Shown here in pieces: positions 1-9,994 of a DNA stretch of 64,000 bases. Every line of letters begins with the position of its first letter. Position 1 is the stretch's first letter. This stretch comes from an uncultured Chloroflexota bacterium (GTDB taxonomy: Bacteria; Chloroflexota; UBA6077; SHYK01), in contig CAYQJS010000014.1 in assembly GCA_964417895.1 (NCBI GenBank), forward strand, positions 15,076 through 79,075, read 5' to 3'. Position numbers and translations under genes: made by a program. Below the pieces are notes generated by a model. That model searched no databases and had not been told where the DNA came from. It saw only the letters and a program-made list of their open reading frames with translations.

Positions 1-124
1 GTATCATCCGCTTGTCCGACCCGATCAGGTACCCATCGGGCAAGCTCACGTTTGAAGATCTTCAAGGCGAAGGCGTACGCGTGAGCGGTGGGACGCCAGA
101 CGTTCCGGAAAGGAGCGCGAACCC

Positions 125-1900
125 ATGAACAGACATCCGACCAGCACTGGTGGCCGACTTGTATCTGGATTCTCCTCGTTAGTCGCTGTTGCGTTCCTGA
201 TCCTGGCTTGCGCCCCGGCGGCCAGCACGCCGGACCCCGGCGCCGGCCCTGCTGCGACGACAGGACCGAAGACCCTGGTGATGGCCCTGCAGGAGGAACC
301 GATCTCGCTTGTGCTCTACGGTCGCCCGGCGCCAGCCGACGAGGGCGGCACTACCGGCGCAAGGTTCGAGCGCTACTACATCTTCCATGCCAACCTGACA
401 ATGTACGACGAGGCGAGCAACGTCATCTCCGCGGCGGCCCAGAAGATCCCCACGGTTCCGGATGGAGACTGGCGGGTCAGTCCTGAAGGGACCATGGAAG
501 TCACCTGGAGAATCCGTCCCGACGTCTATTGGCACGATGGGACGCGGCTGACGGCCGAAGACTTTGTGTTCGGCCTGGAAGTCCTGCGGGATCCCGCGCT
601 TGGCGTCGCTGGACTGGGCGAGTTGCTGAACATATCCGGGGTGCGAGCCGCCGACGACAGCACACTCATCGTCAACTGGAACAAGATCTCGATTCACGGG
701 AACACGAATTCCACCGAGGGAATCCCAGCGTTGCCGCGCCACCTGTTAGAGGAGCGCTATCGGACGTTGGGACCGGTCGAGTTCCGGGGTTCCCCGGCCT
801 GGCGGGACGAGTTCGTCGGGATCGGGCCGTACCGCGTCGCGAGGTGGGACCCGGGGAGCTCGATCACAGCTGAGGCGCACGGCCAGTTCTTCCTGGGCCG
901 GCCGAAGATCGATCGGCTGATCATGCGCTGGGTCACCGACGTCAACGTGCTCACAGCGAATCTGCTGGCCGGCGTGGTGGACGTATCGCCACCCGGAACC
1001 ACCATCAAGCCTGAACAATTGAAGGAGATCAAGCGCCAGTGGGACCCGATCGGCGGGGGACACGTCTTCACGGCCCCCACCGACATCCGCACTATGTCCT
1101 TGAACTTCCGGAATAGGGGCGCGTGGGCGCAGGACGTGCGCTTCCGCCAAGCGATGCTCAGGTCGCTGGACCGCGATCAGCTGGTCGAGGTCCTGCAGTC
1201 CGGCTTCACGGACGTCGCCTACTTCCTGGGCTTCCCCGAGGACGCCCTCTACAAGCTAGCCGAGCAGCGCGGCCTCCCGAAATACCCCTACGACCCCGCT
1301 GGCGCGCAGCGACTATTCGCGGAAATCGGCTGGACGAAGGGCGCTGACGGACTGCTTCGTAACTCGGCCGGCGAGACGGTTCACTTCTACTGCTGCCGCT
1401 ACCCGAGCGCGGACTCCAACGACATTCGCGAGAGCCTGGCGTGGGGGAACGACCTCAGGACGGCGGGGCTCGAGGTCGAGCACCCCCTGCCTGAGGCTCC
1501 CGCGGGCGCGTCGTCGAGTGAGATGCGCCGGATTCGGATCACCGGTCCCTGGGGCGGCCAGATCGGCAACTTCCGGACGACCAGCGACCAGTACTTCGCG
1601 ACCCTGCTCGCCGCGAATAGCGCACGGCAAGAGACGCAATGGATCGGCATCAACAACAGCGGGTGGAGCAACCCAGCGTACGAGGACCTGTTTACAAAGT
1701 CGGTCAGCACGCTCGACGTCGCTCCACGGCTGGAGATCCAGTTCCAGATGTTCCAGATGATGGCGCAGGAGCTTCCAATACTCCCGTCCTACTACAACCC
1801 CCTGGGTGTGGCGGTGCGCAAAGGCGTGGAGGGGATCGGGAAGGGAGCAGTCCTCAACCGTGGGGTAACCTGGAACATTCATACGTGGGACATCAAATAG
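125..1900 (+). CDS. ABC-transporter substrate-binding lipoprotein, family 5 (peptide/nickel/opine type)
   Basis: 591-aa GC3-rich ORF. It has an N-terminal signal peptide with a lipobox (LILAC). Length and sequence are typical of SBP_bac_5. No permease or ATPase genes follow. Confidence 0.85.
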   Translation: MNRHPTSTGGRLVSGFSSLVAVAFLILACAPAASTPDPGAGPAATTGPKTLVMALQEEPISLVLYGRPAPADEGGTTGARFERYYIFHANLTMYDEASNVISAAAQKIPTVPDGDWRVSPEGTMEVTWRIRPDVYWHDGTRLTAEDFVFGLEVLRDPALGVAGLGELLNISGVRAADDSTLIVNWNKISIHGNTNSTEGIPALPRHLLEERYRTLGPVEFRGSPAWRDEFVGIGPYRVARWDPGSSITAEAHGQFFLGRPKIDRLIMRWVTDVNVLTANLLAGVVDVSPPGTTIKPEQLKEIKRQWDPIGGGHVFTAPTDIRTMSLNFRNRGAWAQDVRFRQAMLRSLDRDQLVEVLQSGFTDVAYFLGFPEDALYKLAEQRGLPKYPYDPAGAQRLFAEIGWTKGADGLLRNSAGETVHFYCCRYPSADSNDIRESLAWGNDLRTAGLEVEHPLPEAPAGASSSEMRRIRITGPWGGQIGNFRTTSDQYFATLLAANSARQETQWIGINNSGWSNPAYEDLFTKSVSTLDVAPRLEIQFQMFQMMAQELPILPSYYNPLGVAVRKGVEGIGKGAVLNRGVTWNIHTWDIK

Positions 1901-1915
1901 ATGAGGCGGGGATAG

Positions 1916-3055
1916 ATGAAGGCATCCAATCAAGCCACGGAAGAGGTACGGATCTCGGCGGACTCCCACATGGGCGAGCCGCCCGACCTGTGGGAAAGGA
2001 ATCTGCCCGCAAGTTTCCGCGACCGGGCGCTGCGGTTTCCGAAGATCAAGCTCTTCGAGGAGAACCACCACCTCCGCGCCGGGGCGTGGGATCCACATGA
2101 GCGCCTGAAGGACCTGGCTATCGACGGCATCAGCGCCGAAGTCCTTTTCCCGACGCTGGGGGCACAGGCCTGGTTGGTTGGCGACCCGGAGCTCGAAGAG
2201 ATGCACATCCGGGTTTACAACGACTGGATGATCGACTTCTGTCGCGTGGCCCCCGATCGCTTCTGGGGACTGGCGATGCTCTCGCTATGGAACGTAGACA
2301 ACGCGATCAGGGAGCTCGAGCGGTGCAAGAGCGCCGGCTTGCGCGGCGCCTCGATCTGGTTGGTTCCCCCAGACCAGCTGCCATACAGCTCCGACCACTA
2401 CGAGCGTTTCTGGGGGGCGGCCCAGTCCCTCGACATGCCGCTCGCCATGCACATCAACGCCCGGAGCGCTCCGGGCCCGACCCACGGACCGGTGTTGAGG
2501 CAGCTGCACTCGGTTAACGGGCACAAATTCGACGCGATGAATGCGCTCGGCCACATCATCGGCTCCGGAGTCCTCGAGCGATATCCCGCGCTGAGGTTCG
2601 TCGTCGCAGAGACCGGGGTTGGCTGGATACCCTTCTGGCTGCAGGAGTTCGACTATTACACGGCTCGCGGTTCCCGCAGCCCGCTGCCGCGGCCGCCGAG
2701 CGAGTACTTCTACCGGCAGGTGTATTCGACCTTCATCAGCGATGGTGTCGGCGCCTATCTCCTGAATGATTACGGCAAGGACAACTTTCTGTGGTCGAAC
2801 GACTACCCACATCCTGCCTGCATCTGGCCGGACTCGATCGAGCTTATTCAGGAAGATCTCGGGCACCTGACGCCGCGGGATCGCGGCAAGGTGGTTTGCG
2901 GAACCGTTGCGCAGGTCTTTAACGGCCGCCAAGTCCCTGACCCGATTCAGCCGGTGCACGACCGTCAGGAGGTGGACACCTGGCTCAAGACCCATACGGA
3001 CTTCGGCGCAAGCTCGCGCATTCGCACCGGGGCGAAGGCGACTGAAATCGGATAA
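1916..3055 (+). CDS. Metal-dependent amidohydrolase (amidohydrolase_2 / PF04909-like)
   Basis: 379-aa ORF starting 16 nt after the SBP stop. The N-terminal 'ISADSHMGEP' metal-binding motif and overall pattern match the ACMSD/amidohydrolase_2 family. Confidence 0.8.
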   Translation: MKASNQATEEVRISADSHMGEPPDLWERNLPASFRDRALRFPKIKLFEENHHLRAGAWDPHERLKDLAIDGISAEVLFPTLGAQAWLVGDPELEEMHIRVYNDWMIDFCRVAPDRFWGLAMLSLWNVDNAIRELERCKSAGLRGASIWLVPPDQLPYSSDHYERFWGAAQSLDMPLAMHINARSAPGPTHGPVLRQLHSVNGHKFDAMNALGHIIGSGVLERYPALRFVVAETGVGWIPFWLQEFDYYTARGSRSPLPRPPSEYFYRQVYSTFISDGVGAYLLNDYGKDNFLWSNDYPHPACIWPDSIELIQEDLGHLTPRDRGKVVCGTVAQVFNGRQVPDPIQPVHDRQEVDTWLKTHTDFGASSRIRTGAKATEIG

Positions 3056-3094
3056 CCTTGGCATTGCGCGAAAGACGCCTCGAGGAGGTAAGCC

Positions 3095-3826
3095 ATGGCA
3101 GCGGCAACCAAGCAATTCGGACAGGATCTGCTCTCTCCAGACGAGCTGATGGATGGGCTCGAGGAGATCCGCGCAGGGTATCCCGGAGGAGTACGCCCGG
3201 AGCGCGGGCGTAAGGCGAAGACGATCGAAGAGATCGCGGCGACGAAGCGGCGGAGCCACAAGGGCGGAGATGGGAACCATCGCTTCGAGGGCGAGCGCTA
3301 CCTGAACATCCGCGATAACAGGGAGGCGCGTCGCTTCCAGCTGCGCAAGCTGGTGGACGAGGGCGGCCAGGACAGCGTGGGTGGGCCCATGCCCAGCCAT
3401 CCCATACTCAGCAAGTGGCACTCGATGGAGTTCGGCCTTACCGAGGAAGAGATCCATCGCCTGGAGATGGAGGACCCTTCACCCGAGGCGCTCACCTATG
3501 GCGGCTGGTACTACGGGATGCACCGCACCGAGCCGTGGCCGGTGCTGCTCGGCAGCGCAATGGTCGGCGAGGGCGAGAAACGGCTGCCCGAGGTCAAGGA
3601 GGCACAGATTCGCGCCCTCGACGAGACGCGGGAGTTGTATGAGGAGCTGGGCATCAAGAACATCGATCGGGCGATGGCGTTGGCGATCGAACATTCCCCG
3701 ATCGGCGCGGATGACGACCACGTCGTCTTCGGCGAGAACATGACCCGCCAGTACGTCAGCACGCCCGAGCTCCAGGAGCGGCTGCGGAAGGTCTTCATCC
3801 TGCGGCTGCACCAGAACCGCGCCTGA
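3095..3826 (+). CDS. Hypothetical protein, third gene of the SBP-amidohydrolase unit
   Basis: 243-aa ORF with GC3-rich codons on the same strand, 40 nt after the amidohydrolase. I recognise no family. Confidence 0.5.
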   Translation: MAAATKQFGQDLLSPDELMDGLEEIRAGYPGGVRPERGRKAKTIEEIAATKRRSHKGGDGNHRFEGERYLNIRDNREARRFQLRKLVDEGGQDSVGGPMPSHPILSKWHSMEFGLTEEEIHRLEMEDPSPEALTYGGWYYGMHRTEPWPVLLGSAMVGEGEKRLPEVKEAQIRALDETRELYEELGIKNIDRAMALAIEHSPIGADDDHVVFGENMTRQYVSTPELQERLRKVFILRLHQNRA

Positions 3827-3832
3827 CCCACT

Positions 3833-3985
3833 GTCATCCTGAGAGGCGAACCCTGAAGGATCCGCACCGCGTGGGCAAGGATCCTTCGTTTGCCAGCATG
3901 CATCGCAGCTTCATTCCGCGCAGCGAAGCGACGAGGAATCTGCGGCTCATGGGCCGCGGGTTTCCTCGATGCACTCGGAATGACA
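3833..3985. repeat. REP-like intergenic element made of two inverted-repeat units
   Basis: GAAGGATCC-N15-GGATCCTTC hairpin, followed by TCATTCCG...CGGAATGA arms around 'gcgcagcgaagcgacgaggaatc'. This gives the 'SFRAAKRRGI'-type pseudo-ORF seen in the 3890 ORF extension. Confidence 0.6.
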
Positions 3986-4144
3986 TCTCTACTTCATCCA
4001 ACCCCCGCTCATCACTTGCGGGCGAGACCGCTCGTCATAGTGCCTCATCTGGGGGCAGTTCAGCTCCCTTCTCGGTTGACCTCATGGTTCGCCCGCTATA
4101 CGCTGCGCGGGGAAAAGTTGGCCAGTTCTAGACCGGAGGCGGGA

Positions 4145-5839
4145 GTGTTAAAGGTAGTGCTGCCATCATTGCGCGACGCGTGCGGCCTGGCGCTGCTGTG
4201 TCTCGTGTTTGCTGCGTGTGCTCCGAGAACCCCGGGACAGTCGCCCTCGACCTCAGAAGCCGGGTTTGAACCCATGCGGCCGACGGTGCTACGAATCGCC
4301 TCTACGCTGGACCCACCCGAATTCCATTCCAAGGGCCGGAACCTCGGTGGCAGCAACACGATTCGGGCGCTCACCAATGCGGGTCTTGCCAATCAAGATG
4401 AGAAGGGCGTGACGCACCCATATCTCCTTGAGCAGCTGCCCAGTCGCGATGACGGCACGTGGACCGTGAACGCGGACGGAACGATGAAGACGATCATCAA
4501 GCTTAGGCCAAACCTCAAATGGCAGGATGGCCAGCCGCTTACCGCCGCCGACATTGTCTTTGGGTATGCTGCATATACCGACCCGGAGGTTCCGTTCCAA
4601 GATAATCTGTACGAACGACTGATGAGCCAGGCCGTCGCGCTAGACGACCGCACCGTCGAAATCACCTGGCGTCAGCTCTTCAGCCGCGCTGGCTCCCCCA
4701 CTCATGAAGACCTTCCCCCGCTCCCGCGCCACCTGCTGGGCGATCTCTTCCAACGCGACAAGGCCGCGTTCATCAACAGCTCCTACTGGACGTCCGAGGA
4801 CTTTCTTCACGCGGGGCCGTTCCGTATCACGGAGCGGAATCTCGGAGTCGGACTCACTTTGGAAGCAAACCCTCACTTCGTTTTCGGGAGGCCCTTGATC
4901 GACAAGGTGGAAGTCAAGGTGATTCCCGACGCCAACGCCATTGTTGCTCATTTGCTGAGCGGCGACGCGGACTTCGTTGATGTCGAACTGGGAATCAAGC
5001 AGGCCAAGGTGGTCAAGGACCACTGGGAAGCCACCAACGCTGGACAGGTCCACACGACGCTGAACAAAATCCGCCGGCTGCAATTCCAGTACCGGGATGT
5101 ACCCAATCACCAAGCGGCTCTCAGAGATCTGCGAGTGCGCAGGGCCCTTATGCATAGCCTGGATCGAGACGCCATAGCACTCTCTGAAACCGAAGGGTTT
5201 TCGACAGCAGCCTATAGCTTCTTCTCCAGAGATTCGGCGTTGTGGCCTCGAGTCGAGCAGGTTATCGCCAAATACCCCTTCGACCCGCGTCAGTCAGAAG
5301 CACTTCTGCGTGAGGCCGGCTGGACACGGGGTGCCGACGGGATGTTTCAAAACACCTCCGGCCAGAGCTTCGAGGTCGAGGTACGCGGGAGCACCCAGGA
5401 GCCGGTCATCATTGCCGACCAATGGAAGCGGGCAGGAATCGATGCGAAACCTCTGGCTCCGGCGCAGGGCGCGGACGCGCAGTACAAGGTCAGCTTCCCG
5501 GGGACATCTCTCTCCGGGGGAACGCCGGGCAATTACGATGTGCTCAGCTCGGTCACGCTGCCGACTGCAGCGAACAGGTTTCTTGGCCAGAACGAAGGAA
5601 GCTACGTCAACCCGCAGTATGACAGCCTGGCTGAGCGCTTCAAGCAGGCCCTAGAGGTGGGAGATCAGAACGACCTGGCCGTGGAAATTGAGCGGCTGAT
5701 CAGCCTGGATGTGGCAACCGGACCGCTGTTCTATCAAGTCCGTCCCGCCGCAGCTAGAGCGGGCGTTAAAGGCATCCGGGGTCTCAATGCAGACATCGCC
5801 ACCTATGCCTTCAACATCTGGGAGTGGAGGATCGAGTAG
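4145..5839 (+). CDS. ABC-transporter substrate-binding lipoprotein, family 5
   Basis: In-frame GTG at 4145 preceded by GGAGG. Signal peptide with lipobox (VFAAC). The 3890 ATG extension runs through the REP element and is unlikely to be translated. Confidence 0.8.
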   Translation: MLKVVLPSLRDACGLALLCLVFAACAPRTPGQSPSTSEAGFEPMRPTVLRIASTLDPPEFHSKGRNLGGSNTIRALTNAGLANQDEKGVTHPYLLEQLPSRDDGTWTVNADGTMKTIIKLRPNLKWQDGQPLTAADIVFGYAAYTDPEVPFQDNLYERLMSQAVALDDRTVEITWRQLFSRAGSPTHEDLPPLPRHLLGDLFQRDKAAFINSSYWTSEDFLHAGPFRITERNLGVGLTLEANPHFVFGRPLIDKVEVKVIPDANAIVAHLLSGDADFVDVELGIKQAKVVKDHWEATNAGQVHTTLNKIRRLQFQYRDVPNHQAALRDLRVRRALMHSLDRDAIALSETEGFSTAAYSFFSRDSALWPRVEQVIAKYPFDPRQSEALLREAGWTRGADGMFQNTSGQSFEVEVRGSTQEPVIIADQWKRAGIDAKPLAPAQGADAQYKVSFPGTSLSGGTPGNYDVLSSVTLPTAANRFLGQNEGSYVNPQYDSLAERFKQALEVGDQNDLAVEIERLISLDVATGPLFYQVRPAAARAGVKGIRGLNADIATYAFNIWEWRIE

Positions 5840-5942
5840 CTACTACGGCACGCACTGAAGCGGAGCCAGGCGGGGCCCTTAGTTTGCGCTCGGGCGCTTC
5901 CGACCGGGGGAGGCGCCTCCGTGCTCACCATGAGGGCAAGAG

Positions 5943-6262
5943 CTAGGCCTCTTCCCCCACCACTTCGGCTGCGGGCTTGTTCCACCGCAGGCTCTTGAAC
6001 GAAGGATGGCGTAGCTCGCCGCTGCGTGAGGTCCACTCGGTGAACTCCACCTCGCAGACAAGGCGCGGCTCGAACGAACATCGTCTCCCGCAGCAGGACC
6101 TCGCCGTCGAGAAATGGCTCTCCGTCCGTCCAACCGGGAAGTGGGCGCGGATACGGCGTCAGACTGCTCGATCTCCGCCGACCGTCCACCAACGCCACTC
6201 ACTCAAGAACCGCATCTTTTTCGTCGCCAACGTTGGTCAGCGTGACGATGGGGCGTCCCGCG
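5943..6262 (-). pseudogene. Eroded ATP-dependent DNA ligase remnant
   Basis: The minus-strand frame at 5943-6074 reads FEPRLVCEVEFTEWTSRSGELRHPSFKSLRWNKPAAEVVGEEA*, a typical ligase OB-fold C-terminus. Upstream pieces in other frames read 'EPFLDGEVLL' (motif-III-like) and 'ALVDGRR' (degenerate KxDGxR). There is no intact ORF. Confidence 0.5.
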
Positions 6263-6263
6263 G

Positions 6264-7985
6264 CTAGCGGCTGCTGGCCACATCCCACTCGTGGGCGTTC
6301 CATGCCTGGGTCTGGCCCGCCGAGCCGGCGGGCTTGGGGCCAACGTTCAGCAGTCGATGAGAGATCGCCGCTGGCTCCGCGCCATAGTAGAGCGGGAGAA
6401 TCGGCAACAGGTCGGAGATGTGGTGGATGATCCTGCCCAGAGTCTCCATGCGCTCGCGCTCGGGAATTGTGACGAAATAGCGGTCGATGAGCGAGTCCAG
6501 CTCCGGATTCATGTAGTTGCCGCGATTCGAGCCGTTGTATCCCCGCTCCGGTAGACGGGCCTGCGAGCTGTGTAGGATGTTGAGGCCCTCGAGGTCGTTG
6601 TTGCCCCGGATCAACGTGAACCCCGGCCATTCCGCCTCGTACTTCAGTTTCTCGATTCCGGAGCGCTCGGGTTGCAGTGAGGTACTCGCGTCGACGCCGA
6701 CCTGCTTCCAGTAGTCCGCCACGGCGAGCGTCGATCGCACGTTGATCTCCTGCGAAGGCGACACGATGAGTCCCACGGCGAGGGGCTGCCCGCTCGCATC
6801 GCGCAGCATGCCGTCCGGGCCCCGTCGATAGCCCAGCTCCATGAGCGCCGCGGCCGACTGGCGGGGATCGAAGTTGTAGCGCACGAGATAGCGGTCGTCG
6901 ATGTCCCGGTACTGTGACTGGCCGGGGTAGAGGAAGCTGTGAGCCGCGGGAGCCACGCCCCGCTGCAGCGTCTCCGCCATCTCGTCCCGATCGATGGCCT
7001 GCAATAGTGCGCGCCTGAACCGCACGTCGAGGATCACGGAAGGGCTGGGATTCAGGGCCTGCCACCAGAGCCGCAGCATGCCCTGGGGTGTCACCGCGAC
7101 GCGCCCTTCGCGCCACTGCTCGCTGACCTGCGCGGCCTGTTCTACGGAGATACTGCGACCGAGCGTCAGCTCGACGGCGCCGGCCAGGACGCTGGCGACC
7201 AGGGTGTTGCCATACGGGATGAACTTGACCTCGATTGTGTCGATTCTCGGCCTGCCTAGTGGGTACCGATCGAAGGCCTCCAGCAGGATGTGGCTGCCGC
7301 GCTCCCACTCTCGCAACCTGAATGGGCCGGCGCCAACGTAGTCGGTGCTCCAGTAGGGGAGATCCATGAAGGCGGGTTTGTTCTCGCGGTACACGTCTTC
7401 AAGGAGGTGGCTGGGCAATGGGTACGCGAACTCCGCGGCGAACATCGCGTTCGCGTCGATAAAGGGCTCGTTCCATCGAACGGTGATGGTGCGGGGATCG
7501 ATGGCCTCGACGCTCTCCACGCTCTTGAAGTCGAGATCGCTGAAGCGAGGAAGGTCTCTGTCTTGCCCAACCGCGGCCGTGAACAGCATGTCCTGGGCCA
7601 CCACGGGCGCCCCGTCGTGCCAGACGGCCCCGCTCCTGATGTGCCAGGTAGTCTCCATCCGGCCGTCGGGGAAGACCTTCCATAGCCCGTTCTCGAGGGA
7701 TGGGACCCGCTCGGCGAGCTGAGCGCGGCGGCCCCCACGATCGTCGACGACGCTGAGGCCCGCGTGGACCAGGGCTTGCATAGTGTCGGTCCCGGGCAGC
7801 GTCCCGACGTCCATCTGGAGGAACACGGTTGTGGGGTCAACCATGATGGCGGCCGTAATGCGCTTCGACGCGACGGACGCGCGCTCGGGATCTCGTCCGG
7901 CAGCTCCCTGTGGAGCGACGGTTGGCGCGCAGCCGAGCAGCATCAAGGCAACGAGCAGAGCGCCAGACCGTAGGAAACGACGCAT
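6264..7985 (-). CDS. ABC-transporter substrate-binding lipoprotein, family 5
   Basis: 573-aa ORF. Signal peptide with lipobox (LLGC). Paralogous to the other two SBPs. Confidence 0.85.
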   Translation of the reverse strand: MRRFLRSGALLVALMLLGCAPTVAPQGAAGRDPERASVASKRITAAIMVDPTTVFLQMDVGTLPGTDTMQALVHAGLSVVDDRGGRRAQLAERVPSLENGLWKVFPDGRMETTWHIRSGAVWHDGAPVVAQDMLFTAAVGQDRDLPRFSDLDFKSVESVEAIDPRTITVRWNEPFIDANAMFAAEFAYPLPSHLLEDVYRENKPAFMDLPYWSTDYVGAGPFRLREWERGSHILLEAFDRYPLGRPRIDTIEVKFIPYGNTLVASVLAGAVELTLGRSISVEQAAQVSEQWREGRVAVTPQGMLRLWWQALNPSPSVILDVRFRRALLQAIDRDEMAETLQRGVAPAAHSFLYPGQSQYRDIDDRYLVRYNFDPRQSAAALMELGYRRGPDGMLRDASGQPLAVGLIVSPSQEINVRSTLAVADYWKQVGVDASTSLQPERSGIEKLKYEAEWPGFTLIRGNNDLEGLNILHSSQARLPERGYNGSNRGNYMNPELDSLIDRYFVTIPERERMETLGRIIHHISDLLPILPLYYGAEPAAISHRLLNVGPKPAGSAGQTQAWNAHEWDVASSR

Positions 7986-8158
7986 CTCCGCACCTCCCGC
8001 ACGATGAGTCCGATCTGCGCCATGTTACTACGGGACGCTCGGGCAGCCACATACGTCACCGCTGTGGCGAACACGATGAACGCCTAGCGTGCGTCGGCTC
8101 GCGCACTCGAAAGTCACAGGGATCGAACATATACTGGCGCCTCAAGGAGGATGCCGAT

Positions 8159-8557
8159 ATGACCGTAACAGAAGGGCACCAATCCGCTGACGGTCAAATC
8201 TTTACTGGGTTTCGTGACGGGCATAATCGCGGCCGCTACGTTGCTCCGACTACGTCGATAGCATCGCATGGGATCCTGACGCCTCAAGATGAATTCGGCG
8301 ACGTCGAGCGCGGCAATCCGCTGCCCTATACGCTGCCAGCTGAAAAGCAGCGAGAGGTTGGTCTGACGCGTGAGACCTGGCGACTGGAGGTCATTCCTGA
8401 CCCGGCGAGCGACACGAAGATTGACCGCCCGCTCTCGAAAGAACTCGGCACCGCGCTGGACTTCGACGGGCTGATGAAGCTGGCCGAGCAGCACGCCGTG
8501 CGGTACATGAAGGGCATCACTTGCAACAACATCGGCGACCCGCTGGGCTCACCGTAG
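8159..8557 (+). pseudogene. N-terminal fragment of a sulfite-oxidase-family molybdopterin oxidoreductase
   Basis: ATG at 8159 after AAGGAGG. The sequence 'TWRLEVIP...LDFDGLMKL...VRYMKGITCNNIG' matches the start of the Oxidored_molyb domain (W-L-V ... C-x-N). The ORF stops about 130 aa in, where roughly 250 more residues are expected. Confidence 0.45.
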
Positions 8558-8699
8558 ACGAGTAACGGCGACTACGATCGCTATTTCGCCATGGTGTGCG
8601 CCGCCCCGCCGGGCCGCGCCTCATGCGGGCGTTGCGCAACGGGTTCGAGCCCGAAGGGCAGGGGAGCGGGAAGGAGCATCTAGCGCTCTTCTAGCCACC

Positions 8700-9470
8700 C
8701 TATTCGGTGATGAACGTGAGCGGCCTGCCGCTGGCGACGAGGTGGGTGGTGATCAGCCTCGCTCTCTCGTTGGTGGCGTTGGAGATCGCGTGAATCGCCC
8801 CGACGCCGTTCACGAAGCTCTCGCCTGCGCGCACCGTTGTCGTCCCCATGGCGTTCGTGAGGGTGAGCTCGCCATCGGTCACGATCCCCAGCTCCATGCC
8901 AGCGTGAAAGTGCGCCCCGGCCCGGGCGCCTGGCGCGAACTCCCACCAGGTCTCGTGAAGGTCGACGGGGCCGCTCACGTTGATGACTTCGATGCTCGCT
9001 CGATGAACGGCTCGTTGGGTTGGCGCCCCTGGCCGAGAGCTCTCTATGGGCAGAGGGATCGTCACAGGCGCATCCTTGGGCTGCAGGCGCGGGCTCAAGT
9101 AGCGCATCGGCACCGTCTCAAGGTTGCCGGCTTCGTGTACGGCCCAAGCCGGCTCCACGATGGTGTCCCCGGCCCTGTACGTCTCCGGTGCCATCTTCTG
9201 GCCGTCCACGATGTTGATGTTCGTAAATTCCCCCTCGAGCACCATCAGGTGGGCCGCGCTGGAATGGAGGTGCGGCGGCGCCCAGGCGCCCGGCTCCTGC
9301 TCGAACACCTGCACGATGAAATCGAACGGGGCCGAGGGGGCGACGGTTTCGAACGTGGATCTGAGGATAACTCTGGGTTCCGGTGCCGCTTGCTCACGCG
9401 AAGCCTCGCCGATCGGTGTGCAAATGCCGAGCAGAACCAGGATGACCGCCAGACGGGCCACCTTCCTCAT
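8700..9470 (-). CDS. Secreted bicupin protein
   Basis: 256-aa ORF with a signal peptide. It has two cupin cores ('HLHSSAAHLMVLEGE' and 'GAHFHAGMELGIVTDGE'). Confidence 0.7.
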   Translation of the reverse strand: MRKVARLAVILVLLGICTPIGEASREQAAPEPRVILRSTFETVAPSAPFDFIVQVFEQEPGAWAPPHLHSSAAHLMVLEGEFTNINIVDGQKMAPETYRAGDTIVEPAWAVHEAGNLETVPMRYLSPRLQPKDAPVTIPLPIESSRPGAPTQRAVHRASIEVINVSGPVDLHETWWEFAPGARAGAHFHAGMELGIVTDGELTLTNAMGTTTVRAGESFVNGVGAIHAISNATNERARLITTHLVASGRPLTFITE

Positions 9471-9994
9471 GTGCGCTGTTCCCCTCCCCGTTTCGACGCG
9501 TTGGTCTCAGTGCCCGACGCACGGGGCCTCGGACTGCTGCTGTCCAAGCTAATCACTCACACGTCCGCTCTGCAAACGTCAGCGCCCACTTGTGCTCGGC
9601 CATCATATCGCACGCTTCGGCTCGTGCCATATCCGCCATTGGGCTCAATGCGCCGCTAACCGCGCCACGATGCCGCCATAGCGTCTCGTAAACTGGTTGC
9701 GTGCGTTCGCTCTCCGAGATCGACGGCGACGACATCCCCGTCCGATCAGCAAGCTGGAGTTGAACGGGGGCACCATCCACATCAGCGCCTTCCGCTCGGT
9801 GGAGCTTGCTTTCCAGAGCGCCGAGCGCCACCCCGGCTACGCCAACCACGTGATCATGGGTGGCTGCCCGTGGTACTGGGTGGTGAGCCCTGCCGACGGC
9901 CAGCGCCTCGAGCGGGCCGGCGTCGTAGGGACAAGGGGCCGAGCAGGGCGATCCCCGACACGATTGCTAGCGGTGGCCCCAATCCGCGGCACAG

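Noticed and set aside
6199-7308. Long alternative-frame and antisense ORFs inside real genes. Examples are 6199-7308(-), 22846-24297(+), 33697-34710(-), 47287-48720(-), 28139-28975(+), 52171-53649(+), 37155-38036(+) and 32371-32955(-).
   Set aside because: They overlap well-supported genes. Their Arg/Pro/Gly/Ala-rich composition is typical of shadow ORFs in GC-rich DNA, and they have no recognisable motifs.
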